64,000 bases of DNA from Octopus vulgaris (Eukaryota), in the NCBI GenBank assembly GCA_951406725.2, contig OX597820.1, positions 116,870,001 through 116,934,000 on the forward strand. Direction: 5' to 3'. A program made the translations under genes and the position numbers. The notes under the pieces were generated by a model. The model worked only from the letters and a program-made list of their open reading frames with translations, was not told where the DNA came from and searched no databases. The first letter of the stretch is position 1, and each line of letters starts with the position of its first letter. Below, one piece after another: positions 39,594 to 52,069 of this stretch.

Positions 39594-40003
39594 CAATAGT
39601 TCTCAAAACAGCAGATACAAACCGTAACCCTTCCACACCAAAATATCACTGAAATGATTTGCACATCCAGCCATAGATATCATGCCAAGGCTGACAATGG
39701 AGTTCAACGCAGCCCTATGGCTCACTGGATCCAGTCGAACCATTCAACATGCAAGCATGGAAAACAGACATTAAATGGGATTCCAAATGGGGTCCACAAT
39801 GGCCCTTGAGGATCCGTATTAAATTTTGTTGTCAAAATTTATTTTCTGCAATAAATTGGTTACACTTTTACAATACACAAAATACTTCAATAATTCCTAA
39901 TAATATGTAATTATAAAAATATAACAGGATTTTTTAAACATCGAACAGACGCAAAATAGGAATCAAAAGAGGTCCATGGGTAGAAAATGGTTGAGAAACA
40001 AAG
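39594..40003. mobile_element. Decayed hAT-like MITE containing an RTE-tail fragment
   Basis: Ends caatagttctcaa ... ggttgagaaacaaag; ggggtcca motifs; RTE-type tail at ~39680-39775. Confidence 0.45.
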
Positions 40004-41249
40004 ATGAGGATGGTGATGGAAAAAGTGTGCATCCATACAATTCTTCATCCTTCACCATGGTGTTTAATAAGTTTAAAATAATCATCATTTGCCTGACCCC
40101 TGTTCAATCCCCACAGAAGTTACCCTGTATGAGAAACAATGTGCTAGTTCACATCAGGAGCTTTGTGCACAAAAAAGCCCTCACTCTTCAGGGAGAACAA
40201 AATCCTTAGATCCGAATGGAAAACCATCAAGCATTTCCAATGGAATTCTTCATTAATTCCATCAAATGTCTTTCAATAATTTGTTGTTGTTCAGTATCAG
40301 ATTAGCCATGGTGAAGCTTAGCTCTGACCATTCCATCATTAGATTTATGCAGCGTATCCAAAATTACATAATCCAAAGAGTCTTTTTTAAGAGAGTAGTA
40401 TATAATTAAGGGAAATCTGTTTCCTATTTTGGATGGGTGGATTGCCCATGTAGAGGCATGCCCCACACTCACATAAATTAGCATATTTAATGAAGCATGC
40501 ATTAATAAGTAGAAAGGATACTTGGGCAATTTAAAAGATACAAAGACTTAAATGCATTATTAATTTATTCCATTTATTTAATAGTTTGGGGGGAAGGAGT
40601 TAATTGGCTAGAATGGCTCTTCCATAATGTAATTGCTTCAGTTTCAACATTTGACCTTAGAGCAAGTCCCTAACTAGACAAGTTTAACACTGGAAAAAGC
40701 ATTTAAAATAAAACCCCAGCTAGAAATAGTATGTGATGAGGAAAATAACCGATATTGTTTATAGACATGCAATGAATCAAAGTTTGTAGTTATAATCTAG
40801 GAATCAAACACATTTGGCAGCACAACTTGGCAATATGTCAATGGGTTACATAGAAATTCCTAAACCCAATGAATTACACAACACATTATAATTTCTTTGA
40901 CATATAATAAAAGTCAACTAGGTGTGGGCACCACACCTAGTTTTGTCTTCATATACATTGTAAACACAAGACATGGCCAGGCAACATTTGAACCGAGGCT
41001 GTTAAAATGTTGAGATGACATTTCTCTGAGAAACATTATTAATGGAAAAAAGAAAAAAAAGAAATAAAACCAAAACAAGCAATTAGCATTATATAATGCG
41101 AGAGTGGAAGCCTGAAGACATCAAATCAATTAAGCTGATAAAACTAGGAGTTACACCAACCTCATTAAAGTATGTTAACTCATTGTTTCAGTTAACATAC
41201 TTTAAAGAATTAAAGACATAAGCCAGAGTAATTCTAAGCTCTTTGCATA

Positions 41250-43790
41250 TAATGAAAAAGAAAAAGAAGAGAGAGGATGAGTGTAAGAGAACCATTTTAA
41301 AGGAAATCTGTTGAGTATAAAACCTTCTTGATTCTATGAAACAAAATTAAGGAGGGATGGGTACTGTTGTTTGCTTGAAGTATTGTAATAAAGAAGAAGA
41401 ATGATGAATGAAATGAAAAATAAGGTAAGCTTCCAACAATGCAGAAAGTTTTAAAAACTTTTATATTTTGGGTGCAAAGGACCATCTTCAGAAGGATAGA
41501 GTCAAAGCAACATGTGTTTACATAGATCCTGCCATTTGGAAAGGAAATTCACTTGGAAAGAATAAAGGAAAAGTGGTTTATCTCTTCTTTATGAATAATT
41601 TAAAGCTCTGTGACAAAGACAAGTCAACCAGTCTTCAATACAAGCCTTAAGAAGATTTAGTAGCAACAAATGAGATGATACTCAGAACTGAAGAATATGC
41701 TCTGATGGAGATAGTGAAGGAAGATTGCAAAAGTTACTGAAATGTTTCTCTACCTGATGATAAGGATATGAAATTCATAAATGTAGAAGAAACACATATG
41801 TAAGTTGGAATACTGCAAAGTGATAAAATCAAAATCATTATTAATGAAGGAAGCCTTCATTATTTACTGAATATGTTAAATATCATACAAGTAATAAATT
41901 TTAAGGTAACATTTCTAATGGAGTATAGAGGAAGTGTGATTGTTTAGTGGCAAAAAGGGGAACAGAAATGTTTTGACATGAAAACAGGGAAGCAACTTCC
42001 AATGCACAGAAGCAAACCCCTCTCAATCAGTTAAGGGCCATTTGTAGTGGAAACAATCAGAAGGAAGATGAGGGTGGTAAAATATCTGAAGATCTAGGTT
42101 CTATTCAGAGGAAAATGGTCATAAGGAAGGAATGAATGAAGGACGATCTAGAGTTAAAAAGGGCACTGAAAGATACGCAAATGTGAGGGGGAAAAGTGAA
42201 ACTTTGAAGGAAAGAAGCTTTAGATTGTGTTTCTCAAAAAGACAAAAAGAGATTAATGATAAGAAGGGCAGCTAACTCTGATTAAAGAGATGAGTAAATT
42301 GGATTAGAAGAGAAGCAGAACTATTCATTCAAAGGTAGAATGTGAGAAGAATGTGGCTGTGTGGTCAGAGGTTTGCTTCCCAACCGCATGGTTCTGGGTT
42401 CAGTCTCACTGCATGGCATCGGATCAACCAAAGCCTTGTGCGTGGATGTGTGTGTGTGTGTGTCTCACCGCTGCTTGACAATCAGTGTCGGTGTGTTTAC
42501 AACCCAGCCACTTAGTGGTTCAGCAAAAGAGACCAATAGAATAGATAGAAGGCTTAGGAAAAAAAAAGCACAATTCAGTTGACTAAAAATTCTTCAAGAT
42601 GGTGCCCCAGCATGACCACAATCTAATGATTGAAACAAGTCAATGAAAGAAAGACTATAATTCCCATTATTTCAGAATACCCAGTTAACAAGGCGGCGAG
42701 CTGGCAGAATCGTTAACAGGCCGGGCGATATGCTTAGCGGTATTTCGTCTGCCATTACATTCTGAGTTCAAATTCCACCGAGGTCGACTTTGCCTTTCAT
42801 CCTTTCGGGGTCGATTAAATAAGTACCAGTTATGCACTGGGGTCGATATAATTGACTTAATCTGTGTGTCTGTCCTGTTCATCTCCTCTGTGTTTAGCCC
42901 CTTGTGGATAGTAAAGAAATGGATATTTTGGTTGTATTTACATTCTAAGTTCAAATTCTGCTGAGGTCGACTTTGCCTTTCATCCTTTCGGTGTCGATTA
43001 AATAAGTACCAGTTATGCACTGGGGTCGATATAATCGACTTAATCTGTGTGTCTGTCCTTGTTCATCCCCTCTGTGTTTAGCCCCTTGTGGGTAGTAAAG
43101 AAATGGATATTTTGGTTGTCTTTACATTCTAAGTTCAAATTCTGCTGAGGTCAACTTTGCCTTTCATCCTTTTGGGGTTGATAAATTAAGTACCAGTTGT
43201 GTACTGGGGTCGATCTAATTGACTGTCCCTCCCACCTCCCCTAAAATATTGGGCATTGTGCCTAGAGTAGAAAAGAATATCCAGTTAACTTGGGATTAAT
43301 ATATATAAAAACAAAAAAAACCTAGCTGCAATAATTCAATGGAGTTTTTACAAGAAGTTTGGTTTTGCATGAAGAGGGAAGAGCTTTGACCTTTTTGAGG
43401 AAACAGAAAAGTTCTTGAAAACAATAAAGTTAGGCTGCTATGGAACTTCTCTGAATAAACATAAAAGAGAATAGAACAGAAACAAGCCAGTTATTGCAGA
43501 TGTTGATAAGAAAGTTTGTCTTGTAATTGACAGGAAATGTTCATTTGATGCCAGAATTAAGAAACAGTTAAGATATTATACAAACTTGAAGAATGAAATT
43601 ATCAAATTCTGGAACACAGAAGTTAATAAGGTCATGATTCTGCCAGTTGGAGCCTTGGGTACTGGTGAAAAATTTGAGAGTAAACCATGCAAAACCAGAT
43701 CTTAGTATGGGAGTGGAGACTTATTTACTTAGATCTACAAAAATTATCCAGGAAGTCCTTGATAGAAATAGCATAAAGAGCTTTTATGAG
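41250..43790 (+). mobile_element. Heavily decayed R4/Dong-like LINE (RT to endonuclease), interrupted by SINE-A (42351-42650) and a SINE-B trimer
   Basis: RT remnants IFRRIE/LQKD (GIFQGD-like), GKNKGKVVYLFFMNNLKL (HLLFMDDLKL-like), GILQSDKIK, FDMKTGKQLPMH; at 43480-43680 NKPVIADVDKKVCLVID..RYYTNLKNEIIKFW..ILPVGALGT, colinear with the 35096 fragment. Confidence 0.75.
42690..43273 (+). mobile_element. SINE-B trimer
   Basis: One head followed by three B-box plus central-domain units; flanking direct repeat agaata(c/t)ccagttaac at 42674-42689 and 43274-43289. Confidence 0.9.
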
Positions 43791-43839
43791 ATAAAACTAC
43801 TTCTCATCCCAGACTGCAATTCATGGTACAATGGGAAAT

Positions 43840-44311
43840 AGAACCTTTTCGTTATTGTATCTATTTGGAGATGCTCTGTGTTTCTTTCAATTACTTTAAA
43901 TATAACAAAGAATTTAGTAAAATAACTTAGTTATCATTAAGCTAGTGTTAGGAACATAAATTGTGACTAAGGTTTGGCAGAAGATTTTTAATTCAAAAGT
44001 TAAGAAAACAAAACCTTTGTACTACAGAGCCAGAGCAGGTTTCAGCAGGGATGGTATCAAAAAGGTTAAATTAATCATTTGTTAACCCTTTTGTTACCAT
44101 ATTCTTGTTGAGATGCACTCTGTTTCTTTCAATTACTTTAAATATAACAAAGAATTTAGTAAAATAACTTAGCTATCATTCATCTAGTGTTAAAAACATA
44201 AATTGTGACTAAAGTTTGGTGGAAGATTTTAAATCAAAACTTATGAAAACAAGACCTTTGTACTACAGAGGCTGAGGTGGTTTCAGCCAGGTTGGTAACA
44301 AAAGGGTTTAA
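43840..44311 (+). mobile_element. Tandem pair of TTAA MITEs (piggyBac-type)
   Basis: Copies at ~43840-44069 and 44082-44311; 12-bp spacer attaatcatttg. Confidence 0.85.
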
Positions 44312-44339
44312 CGAGTGACAACTTCAATACAGTATGCTG

Positions 44340-44714
44340 TCTTTTATCTTTTACTTGTTTAAGTCATTAGACTGTGGCCAAGCTGGGGCACTACCCTGAA
44401 GAAATTTAGTCAAACAAATTGACTGCTGTACTTATTTCTTTGTAAAGACTGGTACATATTCTATCAGTCTCTTTTGCTGAACTGCTAAGTTACAGGGATG
44501 TAAGCACACCAACACCAGTTGTCAAGCAGTGGTGGTGGGGAACACACACACACATATGTATGTATACATATGATGGGCTTCTTTTAGTTTCTGTCTACCA
44601 AACCCACTCACAAGGCTTTGGCCAGCCTGATGATGCTTGCCTAAGGTGCTACCACATAGTGTGGGACTGAACCCAGAACAATACAGTTGGCAAGCAAATT
44701 TCTTACCACACCTG
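44340..44714 (-). mobile_element. SINE-A, older subfamily
   Basis: Diverged reverse match. Confidence 0.85.
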
Positions 44715-44916
44715 CAGAATAATAATAACGATTTCCAATTTTTGCACAAGGCTAGAAATTTTAAGGAGTCAGTCAATTACACTGACCCCAGTGTGTGACT
44801 GGTACTTATTTTATTGACCTTGAAAGAATAAAAAGGTAAACTTCAGTAAAATTTGCACTCAGGATGTGAAGAGGCAGAAGAAACGCTGCCAACGATTCTG
44901 CTAGTTTACCACCTTA

Positions 44917-45300
44917 ATCGTGGCACTCCATCGGTTATGAAGACGAGGGTTCCAGTTGTTCCGATCAATGGAACATCCTGCTCGTGAAATTAACGTGCAA
45001 GTGGCTGAGCACTCTACAGACATGAGTACCCTTAACATAGTTCTTGGGGATATTCAGTGTGACAAGGCCGGCCCCTTTGAAATACAGGAACAACAGAAAC
45101 AGGAAGAAAGAGCGAGAGAAAGTTGCGGTAAAAGAGTACAGCAGGGTTTGCCATCTCCCCCCCCCCCCCCCGCCAGAGTCTTGTGGAGTTTTAGCTGTTT
45201 TCATTCAATAAAAACTCACAATGCCTGGTCTGGGAATCGAAACCATAATCCCATGACCGCAAGTCCGCTGCCCTAACCACTGAGCCATTGTACCTCCACA
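44917..45300 (-). mobile_element. SINE-C with tail type 2
   Basis: Same head and body as 12812-13100, then gtgctcagccacttgcacgttaatttcacgagcagg...; flanked by the direct repeat caccaccttaat. Confidence 0.85.
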
Positions 45301-45499
45301 CCACCTTAATAATGGCAACAACAATAATTCTTTCTACTATAGGCACAAGGTTTGAAACTTTGGGGGAGGCAGCTAATCAGTTACAACAACCACAGTGCCC
45401 AATCCTGAAAGTATGAAGAAGTTGAACTGGAAAACCAGGAGAAATGCTGCCAAACATTTAGTCTAGTATGCTAACTCATCATCTAAATGGTAGGAATAA

Positions 45500-45853
45500 T
45501 CATGCATGCGATTTAGGAGGGGAGGGGCTCTGAAAGGGGTCTCAGGGAGTAGCGTCCCTACCTTCCTGAGCTAGTTTTCCACCACATTAAAGATCGTGGT
45601 AGAGGCCTTGGTCTTGGGACCACTCATGTCTAGAAACTGAGGTTGGGGGCAAGCAAGGGCATGCTCCCTGTAGAAAATCCAGCTCCAAAAAAAGCCTCAT
45701 GATAGCAAGGGAGAATGGGCGCCAGCCCGCCCAAAGGTTGGGGTAAGCTGCACCTGCCTGCCTCAGTTGCTATGGCATTGAGGTAGATCGCCCCCCCACA
45801 CACATTAACGGGGACAAAACCCGGATTTAAAACACTGGATGATGATGATGATA
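45500..45853 (+). mobile_element. GC-rich short retroposon ending in (GAT)n, probably RTE-mobilised
   Basis: gcaagggcatgctccctgtagaaaat resembles the ggaagggcatccagctgtagaaa motif of the RTE-type elements; (gat)n tail. Confidence 0.55.
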
Positions 45854-48086
45854 ATGAACACACCTGTACGAACCATCCTTCCACCACACCTACCAAAATT
45901 AAAGGCATTCATTCGATTCAGCAAATTGCTATGTACAACTTTTCTTATTCTTCTAAGTGCATTTCTCAGGTTTCCTTTTTATTTCTGCTAATATCAATAC
46001 TAAAAGACAGAAACAGCAAATTAAATTCTTCCAATGGAATCCCCACTTCTACAACTGATGCCATTAATTGCTTAATCTTCATGCGAAACAAGCACAAAAC
46101 TCCCTGTCCAAAACTACTTTGTTTTAGAATCCTCGTCTGTATTAAGAAGAGAAGTGACTAACCTGCACCAATCCCAATGAAATACCAAAGTTGATGCCTC
46201 TCATTCTAGCCATATATTTTCATACTCAAGAGTCATGCACATCACACTTTGTCACTTGAGAAATTTATGAGACAACCAGCTCCAATAAAGTTTTTCTTTT
46301 CCCTTTTTTTTTTGCTTCTTTCTTTTGTGACTATTTAAGAATCGATGCATCTAATCAATGACAACATTTTAATATCCTATCTTGGGAATAGGTCTTGCAA
46401 AGACCTGTGAGCAAGTATAATCTGATCTACTCAACACCATTATGATGCTAACCAAAATAAATCAAATATTCTCCAGCCACTGAAATTAATTAGCTGCTGC
46501 TATTCCTAATGTTGCAACAACTGTCTAAACCTGAAAGTGAATCTATCTGAGATACTATTATATTACCAGAATCAATCAGCCATATATGAAGAATTCTATA
46601 TAAAGCATCAATAAACAAAGACTTATCAAAGAGGTAACCAATATTTGCAGTAATTTCCATTGCTTTAGCTATCAGCAAGATGACCATCCAGTCTACTTCC
46701 ATCATATAATGAAGCAGATGTTCCAATTTTCGGATTCTTAATACAAAAAGAATCATGGATGAAAGACAACTTGTTTTATTTGAAAAAAAATTGCAAATAC
46801 AAAGATTTGCAAACAAAGTTCTTTCTTATGTTCCCACCTGTTGCCTATTTTTAGTTAGCATATGGAATCATCTCAACGGAAACAGCACAAAACACTTGTA
46901 GGATTTGCAATGGAATTAAAACATTATAAAACATTCAAGATTAACCAAGCTGTAAATGATAGTCATTGAAAGTTGGCAAAAAATTTGAGAATAAAATTCA
47001 TTTAACAGAGATAGTTCTATCTTTGTTAAAGTTTTTTTTTTTTAAGCTAATCTGTGACTATTGATTTCTTGACAGCCACACATTTACAGATTTAACAGCA
47101 GAGAGGAAATGATACAGCCTAAAAGTGGTGCTTTTTCCAAAAGATATTAGCAACATTAATGAAGTTAATTGGCTGGAATTGAGGATCAAAATCAGGTTGC
47201 CAAATCAGCTTATTGGAACACCGTGCATTATTCTACTTATTTGGCAAATATTGCAGAATATTAATCTAAAATTTACTTTTATCTTGTACTCAACTTTCTA
47301 ACCTCAAACAGTTGCAATCATTTGTACTGTTAGACACCACAACAATCCTAATATATTTTAGAGGCAAAACGGTGTGAAGAGATTAATTTCAAATTCCTTT
47401 GCATTCATTCACTATTTACAACTGCTGCCATTAACAGCTCACAATGTCTCACCTTGTGGGGCTTCTGTTAGATCAAATAGTAAATTATCAATGTATTTTC
47501 CATTCTTAAAAGGATTGTTAATTGTAGTTAATCCAATTACTATGTTGAAATATTAATTTATCCCAGCAGTTCTTTGTCCCAATTACTGATAATTTCCACA
47601 GTAGCTATGCAAACATTTATCTAATTATTGAAATATCAAGACACTTAATTCTTCAAATGATATTTTGGCACTAAAATCAAGAATAGGGAAGTACATTTTC
47701 TCCTTTGTAGTTTTAATCTATATTGTGATTCAATAATTGAAAAAAAAGTGTCATGTTCTTTGAAAATATTCACAGCAAAAGAAGACCAAAGAGGGAAATG
47801 CCAAAAATGGTAAAAGCACAATGTTTGACAGTGAACTATTTCGATGACATGACAATGAGCTTGGTGCATTTAACCAATCCATGCCAGTATATGAAAAACA
47901 GACGTTAAAATGGTTTTTTTTCATTTTATTTCATTGGTTAGTCATTGGATTGTATATTATAATCCACACTAGAAGGATACGAGGGACAAGATAGAATCTG
48001 AACTTGGAAAGTAACCAAATACCACAACATATTTTGCCTGGTGCACCACCAAATGTACCATTCTGCAACCACAATATATATATATA

Positions 48087-48458
48087 CTAGCAGTATCGCC
48101 CGGCGTTGCTCGGGTTTGTAAGGGAAATAACTATACAGCATTTTTAGAGAGTTATAGCCAAAAAATGCATTAAAAATGGAAAAAATATGATGGTAAATTT
48201 TTTTTAAAAATCGTTGACTCATCGTAGACATTTTTAGAGAGTTACTTCCCTTTAAAAAAATATGCATGAAAATGGAAAAAAAATGATGGTAAATTATTTT
48301 TATAATTGTAGACGCACGCTAATACCCAGAAGGGCTAGATATGAATCACTACTATAAGATACCCGGTTTTGGTTAAACTGCACCGCAAAATGTGGGAGTA
48401 GTTAGGAATCTAAATCGAAGGGGATAGACACTCACAACTAGAGTTTTATATATAAAGA
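48087..48458 (-). mobile_element. Non-autonomous Helitron
   Basis: Minus strand starts A|TCtttatatataaaa and ends with the hairpin cccgagcaacgccggg followed by CTAG|T; inserted in (TA)n without a TSD; internal ~100-bp duplication. Confidence 0.85.
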
Positions 48459-48899
48459 TATATATATATATATATATATATATACCCATTTACTCATGTA
48501 CAGGATGCACCCCTAATTTAATGTTAAACCTTGGTACAAATTTTTTCCCCTTCATGCTCAAACATGATATAAGCTTTGCCTTGTATATAAATTGTATCCC
48601 AGACTTTTCAATTAAAATCAAGTATAAAATAGTGCAACATGAGTAAAAGCAGTGTGTGCGTATGCGTGTGTGTGTGTGTTCATACATCCATCCTTCAAAT
48701 ATCAATTATATTGAGACATAAATACCCCTAAAAGTGTGATAAATAATATAAATATTCCAAGCATTTTTGAACCGAGGATTTAAAGTTGGATTCTTTCAAT
48801 TATGTTAAAGAAGAAACAATATTTCTAATGTTTTGTGGTAATGTAACAGAGTGTTGATTACTTTTCCTTGGGCAGTCGAGGGACTTGGCAATGACTGGA

Positions 48900-49210
48900 G
48901 GCACAAGTTGAATAGATTCCACAAGACACACAATGATAACTTACAGGAGAAGTCAAGTGTAAGTTAGTTAAGGAAGTGACAGAGACTGAAAAGGCATTGG
49001 CCAAAATATAGAGGGAAGACAAGTTGTCAGATGTTATATATATATGGATGAATATGGATGCTGGAAGAAAGAGATTCTGTGAGATAGTGGAGACAGGTAC
49101 ATACCAGAGATAGACAAATGAAACTTTGGGAAGAGGTATTTAGATAAGAAGAAGAGCCTCAGAGAATAGATGAAGAAGAATCAAGACAAGCGGAGACGGT
49201 GTTATTGAAA
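48900..49210 (+). mobile_element. Very old RTE-like LINE C-terminal fragment
   Basis: RDRQMKLWEEV..NQDKRRR resembles the RGRPRKTWxEV..DRxxWR terminus; many stops. Confidence 0.4.
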
Positions 49211-50251
49211 CAGATATTAACACATCAGTGATCTTTCATAAACATACCATCACACAAACACACAATAAAATTAGTAGCAGTTTGAGCAGAAACGACTATT
49301 TGCTCTTCTGGTTTACCTAACTGAATAAAATGAGATTTGTGTGTATCTGCGCGTGTACACACACATGATAGATATATAGATAGGTAGCTAGATTTGTCAT
49401 CACATTGCTAAAGATCTGGCCCACTCCCGATAACATTCCAGATTAAAATAATTTTAATAACGATTTCTTGGCTTCCCATATCTTTAGTGAGCGAGCATCC
49501 ACTTTTACTGTTAAGTTTACCTGCAGCAGGCGTTGCTGGGTATTATTTCCCAGTTGTGTGTGTGTGTATGTAAACAGACTCCACTCCTACATCACGGTTG
49601 AGTAATAAGCAGTCGGCAGGCATCCAGCTGTAAAAACAATTCTTCCAACAAATAAACCCCTCCCATCCACATTAAAAAAGAGAAAACATGAGGTAAATTT
49701 GATATATATATGTGTGTGTGTGTGTGTGTGTATGATGTATGTATAAATCAAAATGATTCTACTGAGACCAACAACAGTCAATGAGAAAAATTACTATTCC
49801 ACAAGATAAAAGTGTGTATTATCAAAATGAGTATTTTAAGAAGTGAAGCAGCAACATTTTTGACACACGAATCAAAATGTCAAGATAACTGAACTGAATG
49901 GGAAAATTATCTAGTTGCTACAATATTATTATTATTATTATTTGAGAGAAAGAAAACTAAAATATTTTGGATATTTTAATAGTAAGAAGAAAACAAAAAT
50001 GATTTACAGAAATTTTTTAACAGAGATTCAGTGAGACAGAGGAGACAGGTATACGTGGAAGCGAGAGACAAATGAAAGTTTGGAAAGAAGCAAAATGAAT
50101 GGGACAAATGGCAGAGAAAAACGAAGAATTTGATGGGTGGCTGATATGAAGAACTAAACAAACTCAAAAACTGCAGTGAGGTAGAAAGATAGCACGAGGA
50201 AGAGTGAGATGTTATTTCTTGATATTCAACCTGCTGAGAACAGATGATACC

Positions 50252-50403
50252 TGATGATGGTGATGATGGTGATGATGATGATGGTGATGATGATGGTGAT
50301 GATGGTGATGATGGTGATGGTGATGATGGTGATGATGGTGATGGTGGTGATGGTGATGATGGTGATGATGGTGATGGTGATGATGATGATGGTGATGATG
50401 GTG
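50252..50403. repeat. (GAT/GGT)n trinucleotide repeat
   Basis: Direct reading; gives the spurious poly-His ORF. Confidence 0.95.
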
Positions 50404-50438
50404 CGTAGTTTCAGGTGACTTTGTTGGAATACAAACTT

Positions 50439-50760
50439 GAAGAGGAGACAAATACCCCCAACAGCTAGGCCTGCATCTAGAGACACGCATGTTTCAGGGT
50501 CTTTGCCCATCATCGGTCTAGAGTAGCAGCGGCCTGCTAGCTGAAGATATTTGTCTAGACCTCGTAAACATATATATGTATTTTCAGTGAAATTTATTCA
50601 CTGATCACCTCACTGAAAATACATATATATGTTTACGAGGTCTAGACAGATATCTTCAGCTAGCAGGCCTCGGCTACTCTAGACCGATGATGGGCAAAGA
50701 CCCTGAAACATGCGTTCTCTAGATGCAGGCCTAGCTGTTGGGGGTATTTGTCTCCCCTTC
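50439..50760. repeat. Long near-perfect inverted repeat (arms 50439-50590 and 50610-50760, 19-bp spacer)
   Basis: Arms are reverse complements with only a few mismatches or indels. Confidence 0.95.
50476..50522 (-). ncRNA. Minimal type I hammerhead motif (U4C core variant)
   Basis: ucuaga-CCGAUGA-u-ggg(caaaga)ccc-u-GAAAC-augcgu-GUC-ucuaga; mirror copy on the plus strand at 50678-50723 with an altered cleavage site. Confidence 0.65.
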
Positions 50761-51109
50761 ATAAATATATAAGGGCACAGGAAATGTGTCGAGGCCGACA
50801 GGAAGCGTTCGATGCTTCCTAGGGCTAAACAGCGGTGGTGTAATCCCCTACTATCACGTTAAGTTGACAGTATACAAACACTATCGCCCCACCACTGTAC
50901 ATATCTCTATGAGATATTTAGAAAGGTAATATTTCTGAAACTTGAAGAGTTTTCAGTCAATTATATGAACACCAGTAATTTGTTTGTTATTTTTTTTATT
51001 GTTCTCAAAAGATGTATGTCACACATGCTTCATGAGACTTGGAGCCAACTTGTACAAATGTAAAGCAAAAGTCAAACATAAAATAATAACATTAATAATA
51101 ATAATAATA

Positions 51110-51208
51110 GATAAGGAAGAAAGAAAAGTTGAGAGATATGACAGGTTAGCTTGGGAAGTTAAGCAGTTGTGGTCGATGAAAAAGGTAGCAGTAGTACCCA
51201 TAATTGTC
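51110..51208 (+). mobile_element. R4/Dong-like endonuclease fragment following a (TAA)n tract
   Basis: DKEERKVERYDRLAWEVKQLWSMKKVAVVPII; nearly identical to 35298-35393. Confidence 0.85.
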
Positions 51209-51356
51209 AAACCCAGGTTCGAAATTTCCCCAAGACACCTTGGGGAAGGCTGGAGAATATATCAGCCGAAACGTGTTAACAACAATCAAGATGAGGACAA
51301 ATATCCGTCAAATGTAAATAATGTACATAATTCCTCATCTCTTAAATATAGAACTG
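51209..51356 (+). mobile_element. Headless copy of the hammerhead-bearing element with a mutated core
   Basis: Matches the reverse complement of 38373-38490; ctgatga is replaced by cttgggga. Confidence 0.85.
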
Positions 51357-51529
51357 AAACATAGATATATATATATATATATTCCTTGGCGTTAGGAAGG
51401 GCATCCAGCCGTAGAAACACTGCCAAATCTGACTGGGCCTGATGAAGCCTCCCAGCTTCACAGACCCCGGTTAAACCGTCCAACCCATTATGCATGGAAA
51501 ACGGATGCTAAATGATGATGATGATGATG

Positions 51530-51572
<43 letters not shown>

Positions 51573-52069
51573 GCACACACCATTTGTCTTTAACTGGACA
51601 TTGTATGAAATTCTCTTTAGAAATCAGTAACCTTTGTGTGATAAAGACCATTTTCAATTTTCTATTCAAATTTTCAGGTATACTTTGTGGCAACTTATCA
51701 TTGCCAATTTGGTGGCATTATAACCTGTAAAAATGGGATTATTGCTCACATTCTTGCACCCCTTTTCATAGAATTGGATAATTTGATGCAATTTAAAGAA
51801 CCACCTCCCTGCCAATGCTGCAAGGATAATTTTATCTCGTGAACTCTGATGAGATCTGATTGAGAATACTATGGAAGAGTTAATGGTCAACAGAATACTG
51901 GTCAAGTGGACAAAGAATTAAACAAGACCAACAGGTTAAGTCCAATACAATTTGGCATTTGGTTAATTTAGCTGAAGCACAAATCATCTTGTTTGCAGGC
52001 GAAGAGTCCACGGTTTAAGAGAGGTAAGGACACTGTGACATACAATTAAGCTAGTCTACTAATAAACAA

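Noticed and set aside
46490-46816. 108-aa minus-strand ORF or a terminal exon in unique sequence
   Set aside because: No recognisable domain, non-ATG start and weak splice signals; cannot be supported without RNA data.
50212-50513. Poly-His and poly-Ile/Thr ORFs
   Set aside because: Translations of a (GAT/GGT)n microsatellite.
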